DNA of 64,000 nucleotides from Thraustochytrium aureum (lineage: Eukaryota): positions 1 to 64,000 of the forward strand of contig BLSG01000411.1 in assembly GCA_012862495.1 (NCBI GenBank), given 5' to 3'. Of this stretch, positions 8,579 to 20,570 are shown in pieces. The notes below the pieces were generated by a model, which worked only from the letters and a program-made list of their open reading frames with translations, ran no database searches and was not told the origin of the DNA. Position 1 is the first letter of the stretch. Each line of letters starts with the position of its first letter. Both the position numbers and the translations under genes were made by a program.

Positions 8579-9249
8579 GAAAACAAGCGCTGTAAGGGAN
8601 NNNNNNNNNNNNNNNNNNNNNNNNNNNNNNNNNNNNNNNNNNNNNNNNNNNNNNNNNNNNNNNNNNNNNNNNNNNNNNNNNNNNNNNNNNNNNNNNNNNN
8701 NNNNNNNNNNNNNNNNNNNNNNNNNNNNNNNNNNNNNNNNNNNNNNNNNNNNNNNNNNNNNNNNNNNNNNNNNNNNNNNNNNNNNNNNNNNNNNNNNNNN
8801 NNNNNNNNNNNNNNNNNNNNNNNNNNNNNNNNNNNNNNNNNNNNNNNNNNNNNNNNNNNNNNNNNNNNNNNNNNNNNNNNNNNNNNNNNNNNNNNNNNNN
8901 NNNNNNNNNNNNNNNNNNNNNNNNNNNNNNNNNNNNNNNNNNNNNNNNNNNNNNNNNNNNNNNNNNNNNNNNNNNNNNNNNNNNNNNNNNNNNNNNNNNN
9001 NNNNNNNNNNNNNNNNNNNNNNNNNNNNNNNNNNNNNNNNNNNNNNNNNNNNNNNNNNNNNNNNNNNNNNNNNNNNNNNNNNNNNNNNNNNNNNNNNNNN
9101 NNNNNNNNNNNNNNNNNNNNNNNNNNNNNNNNNNNNNNNNNNNNNNNNNNNNNNNNNNNNNNNNNNNNNNNNNNNNNNNNNNNNNNNNNNNNNNNNNNNN
9201 NNNNNNNNNNNNNNNNNNNNNNNNNNNNNNNNNNNNNNNNNNNNNNNNN

Positions 9250-11941
9250 AATTGCATTCGTCGTCCGCTGTCGGCTGAGAGCACGTGTACAGTGTATCCT
9301 CGTGACCCTCCTCTACGTCCTCGTCATCATCAATAGACTCTCCCGTTTGATTGCATTCTCGGGCGGACGCGTCCCTCCCCTCGACTTCACTATTCCGAGT
9401 CGTGAGCGCCGCCGTCGTCTTGCCAGAACAGTCACTCCAGTCAGCAGAGTAGTTGCCTTTCGAGAGGCGGGGAACGAGGTCGAGCTTGTCAAGCCCGTTC
9501 CCGTCCGTGTACGAGGCTGGGCGAATGTTGTGCATCGACTTGGAAGCAGAGAGCGAAGTCGGCCTGCCCACTGTACTTGAACCGATCCTCATTCGCGAGT
9601 CCAAGCCCAAACTTTCGACAGCTGACGCATCGAAGAACGAGCCGTGGTTCTTGATCGTATCGACACGATGAAGGATCTGGGACTGCAGCTCGCGGCGTTT
9701 GGCAAGCACCGCGCTGGCTGGTGCCCCTGCGGAGGCGCCGTCAACGCCTTGACGACTAAAGCAGCGCAAGATCTTTTGGGCCACCATGGCGTGCATGTCC
9801 GCGTCCAATTTTGAAGCAAAGACCTGCCTGTCGAACAGCAAGCAGCTTACGTCTCCTTTTGCGCGGCATGTGGCGGTGCGCTCTGTGCCGGCATACATGC
9901 CCATCTCGCCAAAGTAGCCCCCCTCGTGTACTGTGTCGAGCAGGGTCCACTTGGTTCCAACGTCATCCGGCACAAAGTCATTCGACTCGGTTGTGGGGCC
10001 GAAGATCTCCACCGATCCTTTAGTGACAATATAGCAGTCCGCACCCATCTCGCCGCACTTGATGATGAGGTCGCCGTCCTGGTACTTTTGGCGCCGGTAG
10101 CATCCGCTCATGACGATCTGGTCCATCATCACCTTGGCGAGGTGCATGTCGTCCTTGAGGTCATCGTCTGATGAGAGCGCGTTGAAAAACTTTTGCAGCT
10201 TTCGACGCACGATGGGAAACGGGGGCCGCTTTTCCGGCAAAGGGTCCCAGCACTGCTCGATGAGACGCTTGATATCGGCCGGCACGTTTGGCGGGATATC
10301 GAGGCGAAAGTCCGCGTGAGCAACCTTGTGTGGAAACTCCAACGCATCGAGCGGCGTCATTTCCTCAAACGGGTTTGCCTCGGTCGCGATCTCAAGCAAC
10401 AGTATCCCAAAGCTGTAGACATCAGCCTTGGTCGTGTAGCGCTCTGCGCGAATCATCTCTGGTGCGCGCCAGAACGGTGTGCCTACTGGCGTCGTTGCCG
10501 CGCCTTGCAATATGCGGCTCGTCCCAAAATCGGACACCTTGGAAGTGAAAGTGGAGGACACGAGCACGTTTTCCGTCTTGAGGTCACGATGAACGATATT
10601 GAGTCCATGCAAGAAGGCCATCCCCTTTGCAATGTCGATTGCCAATTTGCACTTGGGGTCTTCCCAGCTAAGCTGCAAGGCGCGGTCTTGGAGTACCGAG
10701 CGGAGCGAACCGCGCGACATGAGCTCCAGGACCATGCCGACCATCTCCGACTCCTCGCTCCACGTGACGCCCATAAGTTGGACGATGTTGGGGTGGCGTA
10801 GGCCCTTCAGAAGCTTCACCTCGGCAATAAATTGTTCGCTGCTCGACTTGTTGAGGAGCGCCGCTGGGAGGCGCTTAAAAGCCACTGGCGCGTCCATATA
10901 GTAGGCTTCAAACACCTCCCCCATGGCGCCGCGGCCCAGGAATCCGCGCATGTCGAGGTCGTCGGGGGCAATGCAAAGGCGCGACATGGTCTGGTTTTCG
11001 CGTAGACGCTTGAAGAATTCCTCCACTTGCGTTCGCTCTGGATGAAACTCATCTGCCGTTTTGGACCAATTGGAAAACCCGCTCTTGCGTCGTCGAGCCT
11101 TCACCGCCTCGTCGAGTAGCTTCTTCCGCATTTCCGCATTGTGGCTTGACATGAACCACGTTCGACGTCCCAGCTCATCCCTTGCAACGCAAAATGAGAG
11201 CATCGCGAGCATGCACAGAATGGTAACGAGTACACTGCTCATGGCACTGAAATGAAACCGGCCGTCTTTGCTCATGACGAGTAGCAAAGCCCAACCGGCC
11301 AGCCCCACACACGTCGCTAGTCCAGCGCCTATTAAACGCGAGGTGTGGACTGGACTTAGCATGCACAAGGAGGCAAAGTGGATGACTGCAAGCGTCGCGA
11401 GTTCCCCAAGCGTCTCTGCGCCTGTGAAAGTCTCGTTACCCCATGTGAGGAGTGGGCTCCCCAACGCGACGCTCATTGTGAACGCACCGGTGACCAGAGA
11501 GCTGTCCCTCATGTAAAATCGCTCCACGTACTTGACAACGAGCCACCATGTGAGTGCCCCGCCGCAACAGAGCCCGTAAATGACGCCCAGCGCCCCCGCC
11601 TCGCTACCGTGTCTACTTAGCAGGACTATCCACCCAACTGCGAACGCACCCGTGACACGGCCCTCCATTCGGTCGACAAAGTCCAATTCCTCCTGCTGCC
11701 GTCGCTCACACTGTGCGTGGACGTAGGCTTGCTCGACCTTTGGGTCGTTAAACCTAAACATGCTCATTCGCAGAGTGTCCCCCAGTATCGACTCGAGGTG
11801 CGTGAGCTGATCAAGGTCTGTGGACAAGCCCGTCTGCAGCTGGCCGCCAAAGCTCACGACCTCGCTTTCGAAGTCATTGAACCCGCCGCCGCCGCCGCCA
11901 CCGCTGCGGCTGCTTGGGTGAACGCGGCTCGACGGATTCAT
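9250..11941 (-). CDS. Multi-pass membrane TKL-family protein kinase with C-terminal cNMP-binding domain (3' end lies in gap)
   Basis: About 6 hydrophobic segments (~11650-11185). Kinase motifs GRGAMG, VAFK, HRDLKTENVL, DFG, GTPFWRAPE, DVYSFG. cNMP domain IIKCGEMG...YFGEMGMYAGTERTATCRA. First ATG at 11941. Confidence 0.88.
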
Positions 11942-12866
11942 GTAGCTGGCGCTGTCGCTGAAGGGGAGCCCGTTTTGTTCGACCCAGCCGCGGCGCGCGT
12001 CTTGCCCGCGCCGGCGGCGGAGCTCGAAAGCCTGCCTGTTTGGGACAAGGCTGACACGGCCTTCGCCCACTCGCTAGTAGGAGAGACGCCTGGCCTCTCT
12101 AGACTCCGCTCTGCGCGGTCGCCCTCGTTGGTTTTGCGCAGTCGTGTTGAGAGCGGGCCTGCCTGCCTGCCCGCCTGCCCGCCCACCTTCCTTGTCTGTG
12201 TGGGCGCCAAAGCGTTCTCGGGCTATTGCGAGCCACACGGGCCGCTCCAAACGCGCTCTTTGGGTCCCTGTGCTGGCCCTCGCGCCTGCGCGTTGTTGTT
12301 CGCTCTGCTGGCTGGCTTCCTGCAGGCTGATTGCTTGGATCATCACCAGCGCCTGTTGCCTGTTGCATGTGCATGTCCGTTGGAGCAGGGATTTGCCTTG
12401 CAGCGCAATGTTCGACGCGCCGTTCCTTGCTCTTCGCAAGTATTCGGGAGCGGCTCGTTAAAATTGAGTGGGTTCGCCGTACACAGTAGCTTTATCTACG
12501 TGGTGCGGAATCATTCGAGACTGTCTCAAAAGAGTTGATGCTGCCCACGCTCCCTCTGGACTGGCTTGGTTTTAACGGATAGTAGGTAGACCCACCAAGT
12601 TGCATTGCATTCGTTGTCTGCTTGTCCGTCGCGGTCCGACGTACAGTAGCAGCGAGGCGCCCGCTTTGTGCTATCGGGTACTGATGTAAGCCACGAAGCC
12701 TTCATACCGTGTGCCTTGACCCAGGTCGTCGCGACGACGGCGGCCAACGGGACGAGTCGCTCGCTGGGCAGCCGCGAAGGATCAGCAGAGGCTGGCAGCT
12801 GCGCAAACCAGCCAAAGGCGCTTGTCGACCAGCACCGCCGACTCCCAACAAACGAGCACCGGAAAG

Positions 12867-14754
12867 ATGAACTCTAGCATCATCTCCGCTCAGACGTACT
12901 TGCAATCACCGCGCGTGCACGGTCCGCGCTCGCCAAAGCCGAACAGCAGAGTGCTCATGGATAGAGTTGGCCTGGAGTTTGACCTCGACAAGCCAGCGCG
13001 GCAGCGGAATGACGCGCTCGCAAAGCAGTGTAGCGCACGGATTGAAAGGCTGGTTGCAGAAGCCGACGAGTGGATCGCTCGCTTGGAGCGGCGCGCTGCA
13101 AAGTTGAACTGCATTGGGAGCCCTTCGAGTGCACATGCGGTCAGCGCTTCGCGGCCACGGGCGATTCGGCGTCCAGAGCGAACTAGCAGCGGCACAATCA
13201 ATGTTTCTGAGGCGGACGACGCCGACATGGTGCTCGTCAAGCTGACGGCCAAGCTAGAGGCAGCGCAGTGCGAGGCAGGCGGAGAGCGCGAGTCCTCGCG
13301 ATCAAGCGCACCCGCGCTCCAGGCTCTCATCAAGGCAGTTGCGCCATATGATACGCGCGGACGCGCTATGGTCAAGCCCGGCAAGCTTCGCGAGGCGCTC
13401 GAGCTCCGGGGCGTCTACCTAACAACAGGAGAATTCGATCGCGTGCTCGCAGCGCTTCCACATGCCACCCAGCGGCGGGGCGACCGTCGGCAATCCTCAA
13501 GTGTCCCATACCGCGATCTCGCAAGAGAGCTTGCCGCGCGAACTAGCTCGCAGAGAGAGCTCGCCGCAGCGACGAGTATCCAAGCCGTAGCTCGAGGCCG
13601 AGCACAGCGTGCAAAGGCCAAAACCCAGACCAATGCTGCGCAGCGCATCCAAAGCGTTGCTCGCGGCAAGTGCGAGCGGAGAGTTTTTGCTGCCAAGCGT
13701 GGCGCTGCCATCAAACTCCAGTCCCAGTGGAGGACGCACCAAGCGGAGCGCCACTTCGTCGATGCTCGGCAGGCAGCGACAAGAATTCAGGCCTGTCAGC
13801 GAGGCCGGCGCGCGAGGCTGGAGCGGGGCAGACAGGTCTCGGGGTGCACAGCGATGCAAGCAGTGGTGAGAGGGCGATTTGGGCGACTGCGAGCAAAGGC
13901 GCGGCGCCTTGAGATGCACCGCGCAAGAGCTTGTACCAGAATCCAAGCCGTTGCTCGGGGGCGGATTGCTCGGCTCGATCTTGCAGCTAAGCGAAAAGCG
14001 GCAAACACGATTCAGGCCCTGGTACGTGGCGCCCAGGGCCGCTCCAGGGCGACCCAACTTCGCGCTGCTCAATTGCAAGCCGCGCAGGAAGCGGAGGCTA
14101 AGCGAGTTGCTGCAACGCGCATAGCTGCAGTTGCACGCGGCCACCAAGGCCGTTCGCGCGTGAGAACTCTGCGTGAGGAACGTCTGGAGCGTGCGCGCGC
14201 AGAGGAGGTCTTTGAACCTGCAACAGGTTGCGAGGCACGTACCACTGTGCTAGCGCACGAGGATGTGGTGGCCTCGTCCAGTCCTGGAGAAGTGGGAGCG
14301 CTTCATTTGACGACAGTTCTTTCGAGCCCCAATAGGNNNNNNNNNNNNNNNNNNNNNNNNNNNNNNNNNNNNNNNNNNNNNNNNNNNNNNNNNNNNNNNN
14401 NNNNNNNNNNNNNNNNNNNNNNNNNNNNNNNNNNNNNNNNNNNNNNNNNNNNNNNNNNNNNNNNNNNNNNNNNNNCCTAATAGCATTGACGACACCGAGG
14501 CGGAGCAATGGCGGAGCGCACCCGCGCAAGAACCTGGTTCTGCAAGCGCTACTCAGTTGGATCAAATCTGTGGCTCGGTAGAATTCGGGGGGCCCGTGGC
14601 ACCTGTTCTCGGCGAAACGAGCTTGCCAGTCGTCCTTGATGCCGCCGACGCGAGATTGAACATGACTATTGAGGCGTCCCCGGGGTTTGAGCTTGAATCG
14701 GTGGTTCAGTTGGCTCCAGAGGCCGAATGCGTGGTCGAGCTTGAGAATCCCTGA
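12867..14754 (+). CDS. IQ calmodulin-binding motif repeat protein with EF-hand-like segment (spans gap 14337-14475)
   Basis: About 8-9 IQxxxRGxxxR motifs (IQAVARGRAQR, IQSVARG, IQACQRG, MQAVVRG, IQALVRG); YDTRGRAMV EF-like loop. An open frame resumes after the gap and ends at TGA 14754. Confidence 0.75.
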
Positions 14755-15272
14755 GGCTTTCGCCCGGTGTCACCATGGTGATGGGAAAGCTTTCCTTCTG
14801 TAGACAGTGGCAACCCGAGCGCGAGAGACACGCGCTCGGTCAAACGCGACAAGTTTTTTCACAAAAGCCAAAGTTTGGTGGTTTTCATTTCCCCTCTCGT
14901 TTTTGCGCAGCATGGCGCCAGACCAGCAAAAACAGCAGGAGCAGGAGCCGCAAGAGCCATTCCGAGTCCCCTACTCCCGTGCATCGGACAGCATCAAGCT
15001 GGCTCGGTAATTCGTTGTTGGTGCGAGTCGGAGGGATTCCCGAAGATTTGAGTTTCTTACTTGAACCCTCCGCCAGCGGAATTCCTCCACGACGGAGCGT
15101 CGGCGACCGCCCTCCCCCCCATCGCGAAAAACTGCAGCAAGGACGCCACTTTTTCCGAACCGCTTTGCGCTGGGGCAGCGAGCCATAGAACATATTTCCC
15201 CAAACCACCGAGCCAAGCAACGTGGCGTGGTCGAGCCACACCAGCGGCGATGATGACGCTTCGGTCTTATGG

Positions 15273-16187
15273 CTATAGGCGTGCGGGCCCGTCCGGACGA
15301 AAGGTTGTCGGGAAAAAAGCCTCCTCTGGCTCCTTGGCACCTGGAATGACATACCTCCCATAGATGTAGTCCGGTTGACGATCCGTGCGCCATTCAACGT
15401 CACGACGAACGAGGTGGACACCCAGCGCACGACGGTGCCGCGAGGTCGAGCTGCTTGCCGCAGAACCGTGCCACACATCCTGATGGTGGATTATGGCACT
15501 GCCGGCCTCGACAGCGACCTTGACCGTCTGGGGCACCTCCGCGAGGCCAGCGCGCGACGCGGCCAAGAGCAAGGGCACCCTGTAATCCTCAGTAGCATGG
15601 AACGAGGACGTCACCGCAGTTGTTGCCTCTGCGGCGCTTGCCCAGAGGTGAGACCCCGGGCAATACTCGACCACGCCAGTCTCTTCGTCAGCATCGTCGA
15701 GCGCAATCCACACGGTAACAGAGTTGTTCTCAAGCGGCGTGAATTGCGCCGAGATGTACGCAGAATCTTGGTGAAACCCGACAGAGGATGCAAGAGGGGG
15801 CTTCCAGAGAACGTCGTCTTGTGCAAGCCTTGCCCCGGCGACCCATCTTGAGAGCCCTGCTGCAAGCTTGCCGATCGGCTCGGCCAGCACGACCTTGGCG
15901 ATCGTGCGGTCGCTCTTCCATCCGTTGACGATCTCCCTAAAGGCATCCGGGCGAGAAATGCCTTTCCGCCAGTGCCACTCATCCGGGTAGACGCCTGTGT
16001 CAAACTGGCCGGCGAATAGGGGCTCAAAGCGGTCACGCGCGGCACGTACGGTGGTTTGGTCCACGAGGTTGTCGACCTTGACAAACCCGTCTCTTGCAAA
16101 CTGGTCCCGCGCTTGCTCCAGCGCCGCTGGGTTCCTTGCGAGCTCTGTGGCATCAAACGACTGCGGCGCTGCGCCGTTCCGCTCCAT
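15273..16187 (-). CDS. Phytanoyl-CoA dioxygenase (PhyH) family Fe(II)/2OG dioxygenase
   Basis: QFARDGFV; WKPP...FHQD; VTVWIALDDADEETG..YCPGSH; HHQDVWHGS..S...RR. Confidence 0.92.
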   Translation of the reverse strand: MERNGAAPQSFDATELARNPAALEQARDQFARDGFVKVDNLVDQTTVRAARDRFEPLFAGQFDTGVYPDEWHWRKGISRPDAFREIVNGWKSDRTIAKVVLAEPIGKLAAGLSRWVAGARLAQDDVLWKPPLASSVGFHQDSAYISAQFTPLENNSVTVWIALDDADEETGVVEYCPGSHLWASAAEATTAVTSSFHATEDYRVPLLLAASRAGLAEVPQTVKVAVEAGSAIIHHQDVWHGSAASSSTSRHRRALGVHLVRRDVEWRTDRQPDYIYGRYVIPGAKEPEEAFFPTTFRPDGPARL

Positions 16188-16904
16188 CTCGTCAAACGGT
16201 TGCGCACGGCCGGTCTGCGTTGGTCGAGAAAGGCCCAGGCAGGCTGGTGGGAAGGCGCGCTACGGAACTCTTGAACAAGTCGAGAGATCTTGAGTCTCTT
16301 TCTCTCTCGTGTTCAATTCAAGAAATTGATAGACATCACTGGTGGAAGCCGCACCAAGATGGCGGCTTGTTTTTCGATAGGCCTATCACGGTTCGTGCGC
16401 AACCGCAACCGTGACATACCTACCGGTAGACTTTTTGACGATAGCTAGTCTCATTGATGGAGCAGCCGAAGATGACAAGAGAATGCCGCGAGCCGCACTG
16501 GCAGCCACCCGTAGAGTACTTGCTCTCTCTGGCTAGAGCTCGAGCCGCGCCCTCGGATCTATCTACCGTATGTAACATGGCAAGGCCTTCCTGCCTTTCG
16601 TGATTCAACCCACTGGTGGCTGGGGTTCGCTCGCCAGCGGCTCGTGCCTTCACCAGGTTTGTGTTTCATGAGCAAGTTGCTTGGGCCAACTTCGTTGATC
16701 TGCAGGTTGTCATCAGCAAGTTTTTCACGGACGTCATTTACCGGCGCCGGCGTCTCACCACCGAACAACATGGAGGAGTATGTAGCGATAATAATGAATT
16801 TGATCCTATTTTGGATGGATTGGTCTGGTCGGTCCTGCAATGCATGCAAAGAACAACAGACGTTTATACTTGCAAGGAAGCACGGCCTTCGACCACGCCA
16901 TTGC

Positions 16905-18533
16905 TTACATTTCAGAAGCAGAGTTTACAGGGCGTCGGCGAGGCACAGGCTTGAGGAGAGATCCATCCGTTCCTGAGATAGATTTCGTTTCCGAGTCGTT
17001 CGCCGGGAACGGCGAAGCTGCAGCCCTGTGCGAGCCTTGCGCACCGCCTGGGGAGAGCCCATTTATAAGGGCCTGCAAAATCACCGATGTTTGAGTGGGC
17101 ACGGCGCTGGCGCCGCCAGCCTGCCCAGCTCCAATTCCCAGAAGAGCGTGGAGCAGCAGCGGCGACGTCTGGTACGACGGGGTCCCTGAAGAGCCAGACA
17201 ACCACGGCTGAGAGCTGCCAAGGTATCCAACCGAGGCCTCCCGCTGCTGTTGCCGCAACAGTTGGAAAATCGACTCACTCGGGTCTTGCTGCTCGCGCAA
17301 ATGAGCGGCGGCACCGTCTAGTTGCGGAGCCCCCGTCTTCACAGCGAGCTGAGAGCCATTTCCGAGGAGTTGAGCCAGAGCAGCCCCAGACGCCGGCATG
17401 CGGCGCGACAACGAGGAGCGGCGCGACCCCGAACCACGTTGCCCAGCATCCGGCACAAGGTCTGTTCCAGCTCGTCCCTTGGGCGCCTTGCCGCTGCTCC
17501 CTTGAAGCAGAGCGGCGTTTGCCGGACGAGTAGACCCAACCGCTGAAAGACCAAAGTCCTCCCCCAAAGAAAGCATGGCGTTGACTGCAAGCGTGTCGCG
17601 GTGCGAAGGCGAAATCGTCATGTTGCGGGACTCCGTCGAATCACCTCGCGACTCGAGAGAGGGCGAGGTCGGCAGGAGCCTGACTTGAGCCAGTGCAGCT
17701 TGCTGGGGCGAGGCTGGGCTGCCGGTGCACAAACGCTTAGCCGACGACCTCGCCCCAGCCCCATCAGAGCCCGCCGGCGACGGCGCGTTCACAGAGCTCG
17801 TGGTCGAGGAGGGCGCGAGCGACATGACCGATGCAGCTGCCTCGGCCATCTCGAGCTGGGGGGGCGCTTGCGTTGAAGACTTGAGGTCGAGATCCGCTGC
17901 GAAGGAGCGCTTGCGCTTGTGCTGGGAGTGTGTCTGCACATGGCTGTTGCGGTTGGAGGCCTGCGCGAAAGTCTTGCCACAACCAGGCCAGCTGCACTTG
18001 AAGGGGCGGTGTCCGGTGTGCGTGCGCAAATGAGTAAGCAAGTTGGCCTTGTACGCGAAACGCTTGTCGCAGTTGTCGAAGGAGCAGGCAAACTCTTTCT
18101 CGCCAGAGTGGACGAGCATGTGGCGCTTGAGTTTTGCCCGCTCATAAAACCGCTTGCCGCACTCCTCGCACGCGAATTCTCGTGGCTTGTGCGTGAGGCA
18201 GTGCTTTCGCAGGACTTTGCGATCCCGAACGACTTTCCCGCAGCCCTCGAACAGGCACTGGAACTTGGTCCCCTCTTTGTCGGAAAAGACACGGTGCGGG
18301 CCCCATTTGTGCTGGGCGACGTGGATGCGCAGCGCCCTGGATGAGTCAAAGGAGCGCTCGCAGTCTCCACACTCGAAAGTGGAGGTTGAGCTTTCGTTGC
18401 TGGCTCTGGCTCCCCCCTCCCTTTCCGCAGAAGATTGGCTCATGCTGTCAAAGCTGTTCGCCCGTGCAAAGCTGTTCGCCCGTGCAAAGCTGTTCGGTGG
18501 CACCGCAACGCTGCTTGGCGAAGGCGCGCTCAT
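16905..18533 (-). CDS. C2H2 zinc-finger transcription factor, YY1-like
   Basis: One isolated plus four tandem C2H2 fingers. RDRKVLRKH, ERAKLKRHMLVH, NLLTHLRTH and FAQASNRNSH parallel YY1 fingers 1-4. Confidence 0.85.
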   Translation of the reverse strand: MSAPSPSSVAVPPNSFARANSFARANSFDSMSQSSAEREGGARASNESSTSTFECGDCERSFDSSRALRIHVAQHKWGPHRVFSDKEGTKFQCLFEGCGKVVRDRKVLRKHCLTHKPREFACEECGKRFYERAKLKRHMLVHSGEKEFACSFDNCDKRFAYKANLLTHLRTHTGHRPFKCSWPGCGKTFAQASNRNSHVQTHSQHKRKRSFAADLDLKSSTQAPPQLEMAEAAASVMSLAPSSTTSSVNAPSPAGSDGAGARSSAKRLCTGSPASPQQAALAQVRLLPTSPSLESRGDSTESRNMTISPSHRDTLAVNAMLSLGEDFGLSAVGSTRPANAALLQGSSGKAPKGRAGTDLVPDAGQRGSGSRRSSLSRRMPASGAALAQLLGNGSQLAVKTGAPQLDGAAAHLREQQDPSESIFQLLRQQQREASVGYLGSSQPWLSGSSGTPSYQTSPLLLHALLGIGAGQAGGASAVPTQTSVILQALINGLSPGGAQGSHRAAASPFPANDSETKSISGTDGSLLKPVPRRRPVNSASEM

Positions 18534-20570
18534 CGTTTACTGCTTCGGCAACTGTGGACCGCTCGTGCGCACGAGGCACCGTAGTGCTGGTGTGGAGACT
18601 CGACTTTGCTATCGTTTGTTCCTGGCCAGCCAGGACGCCCTCCAAGAGCTGGGCGCAGATGAATCCGGGGCGGCAGAAACGCCACCCTGGTCCGCGCTGC
18701 GCTAGCCGAGACCAGCGGCCGCGGGCTGAGCGCTCCCCACAGCGTCTCCTGGGCGTGCGAGGCCTTCCGTCGACCGGGTCGAGCGGGAGCCAAAGCGAGC
18801 GCGGGCAAGCTTTTCCGGCCTGGAGCGGCGGCGCTGCAGGGTCTTGGCGGTCGGCTTGGGGCTGCTGGAGGAGGCCGCGGCGTGCGATCCCGGGCTCCTC
18901 GCCAGGTGCTGTGCTGTCTGCGTGCCTCGCTGGCTGTTGCGTTGCGTTGCAGGGGTCTGTCTGCTTGCTTGTCCTTGCTTGTGCTTGCATACTCTACGGG
19001 AGTGCGCTGCTGTTTCCACGAGGGAGGAGGCCACTGAAAAAGGCGAAAAAATGGGAACTTTGAAAGACGTGAGCATGGAGAGGGGGAAGCTCCAGTCTGA
19101 GAGGAGAGGGCGTGCGAGAGAGGGAGCAGGGAGCTGGGAAAGGGACGGCTCCGAGTCGGAGCAGGAGTAAGCGCGTCCCTCCGACGCCATCTCCCCAAAA
19201 GCAACGATACAAGAGAAAAACAAAAACAAAATGAAAAATGACGAAAAGTGCTCCTCTGCAAACGCGCTGTGAGGATGTGAGGAGCCGGGGGGCGGGATTC
19301 AGAATTCAGGATTCAGAATTCAGAATTCAGATCAGAATTCAGCGAACGCCCTCTGCACCGGCACAGGCGTCGGAACGGATACAAAAGGAGGGAGGGCGCC
19401 TCGCTCGCTCTCTCCTCCACGCGGGAGGCCAATCCTTCCGCGCCTCCCTCGCGCAGCTCGAAGAACATTCTTCAACGCAAAGGATTTCCAGAGGCGGACC
19501 TTCGTTTTCTCGGCGCCAGCACGACGATGTTTTTCGACCTCCTTACAAAACGGCGTTCGACGCCTGCGAGCGAGTAGGTAGAAGCGTAGAAGCGTTTTGT
19601 GCGGCGTCAACTTGTTTCTGAACTCAGATGAGCTGACCGCCCTTTCAAGACCAAGAGACTCCTCGTTTCAGGGTGAGAGAGCACGCGTCCAGCTCGTCGC
19701 CACCAAACCAACCCACCCAAGATGGCTCTCCGAGATGCTCCACTCACTCCCCGTGGTACCTCCGAGAACTTTTCATCGTCTTGCTGAGCATGAATCCTCC
19801 CCAGTGTGGCACAAGTCAGAGAGAGAGTATCCATTGCCCAGTGTCAAGGACTGCGAGGCAAGATGGCGCCTCTTGTTCACGCACACGCTGTGCAGGGGAC
19901 AGCGCGCTCTGCGTCCACTCCTCTGCGTCCGCTCCTCGGCTGGTCTCAGTCTGCTCGGCACCGCGTTCGGTGTTGTCGTGACGCATGTGGGCGCTTCGTG
20001 ACTCGTCTTTGCTCGTCAAGAGGGCAGCATTCTCGTCACCTGCGTGAGGCCTGGTCTTGGATCTGGGTGTGCATCTGTACTAGTAGAATCCACCTGACTC
20101 GGAGGCTAGCCGGCCACTGGCAGAGGTTGCATTCGCGGAAGTGAGGAGAAAGTGCAAGACCCCTCAAGGCCCCCTTGTGCGAGCGGCGCCCCTCCTGCTC
20201 TCTCCCAGAGGCGCCGCTCCGACTCCCTCACACCAGAAGAGGCTATTCTCACAAGAGGCTCCGACTCCGAGTCGTCAGTGACTCGTCACACAAGAACCTG
20301 CCTGCTCACTCTATCCTTGATTGTTTCCTCCTTGCCGAGTGGTTTGGTGCAGCGATCGATCACACGGGCCAGTCCATTTTCAACCTCCAGTCACATCTCT
20401 GTTGACAGGCAAAGTCGGTCTGTCGCAGTCTTGGGCGCGGTCCGAATCATCACTCGCATTCACTGTCATGACTCTCGTCTCTCTCTCCTTTGCGCGCAGA
20501 CCGGAGCAGACCCGCGACCCAGACAGCTCTGTTGCACAGGCCGAGCGACGAACAAGCGCCCCCAACCACG

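Noticed and set aside
8564..9249. Apparent overlap of the kinase 3' end with the PKS stop
   Set aside because: Produced by reading through 650 Ns; the true stop is probably inside the gap.
19296..19342. (GAATTCA)n-like heptamer repeat as telomeric or heat-shock element
   Set aside because: Short and degenerate; no support beyond being a simple repeat.
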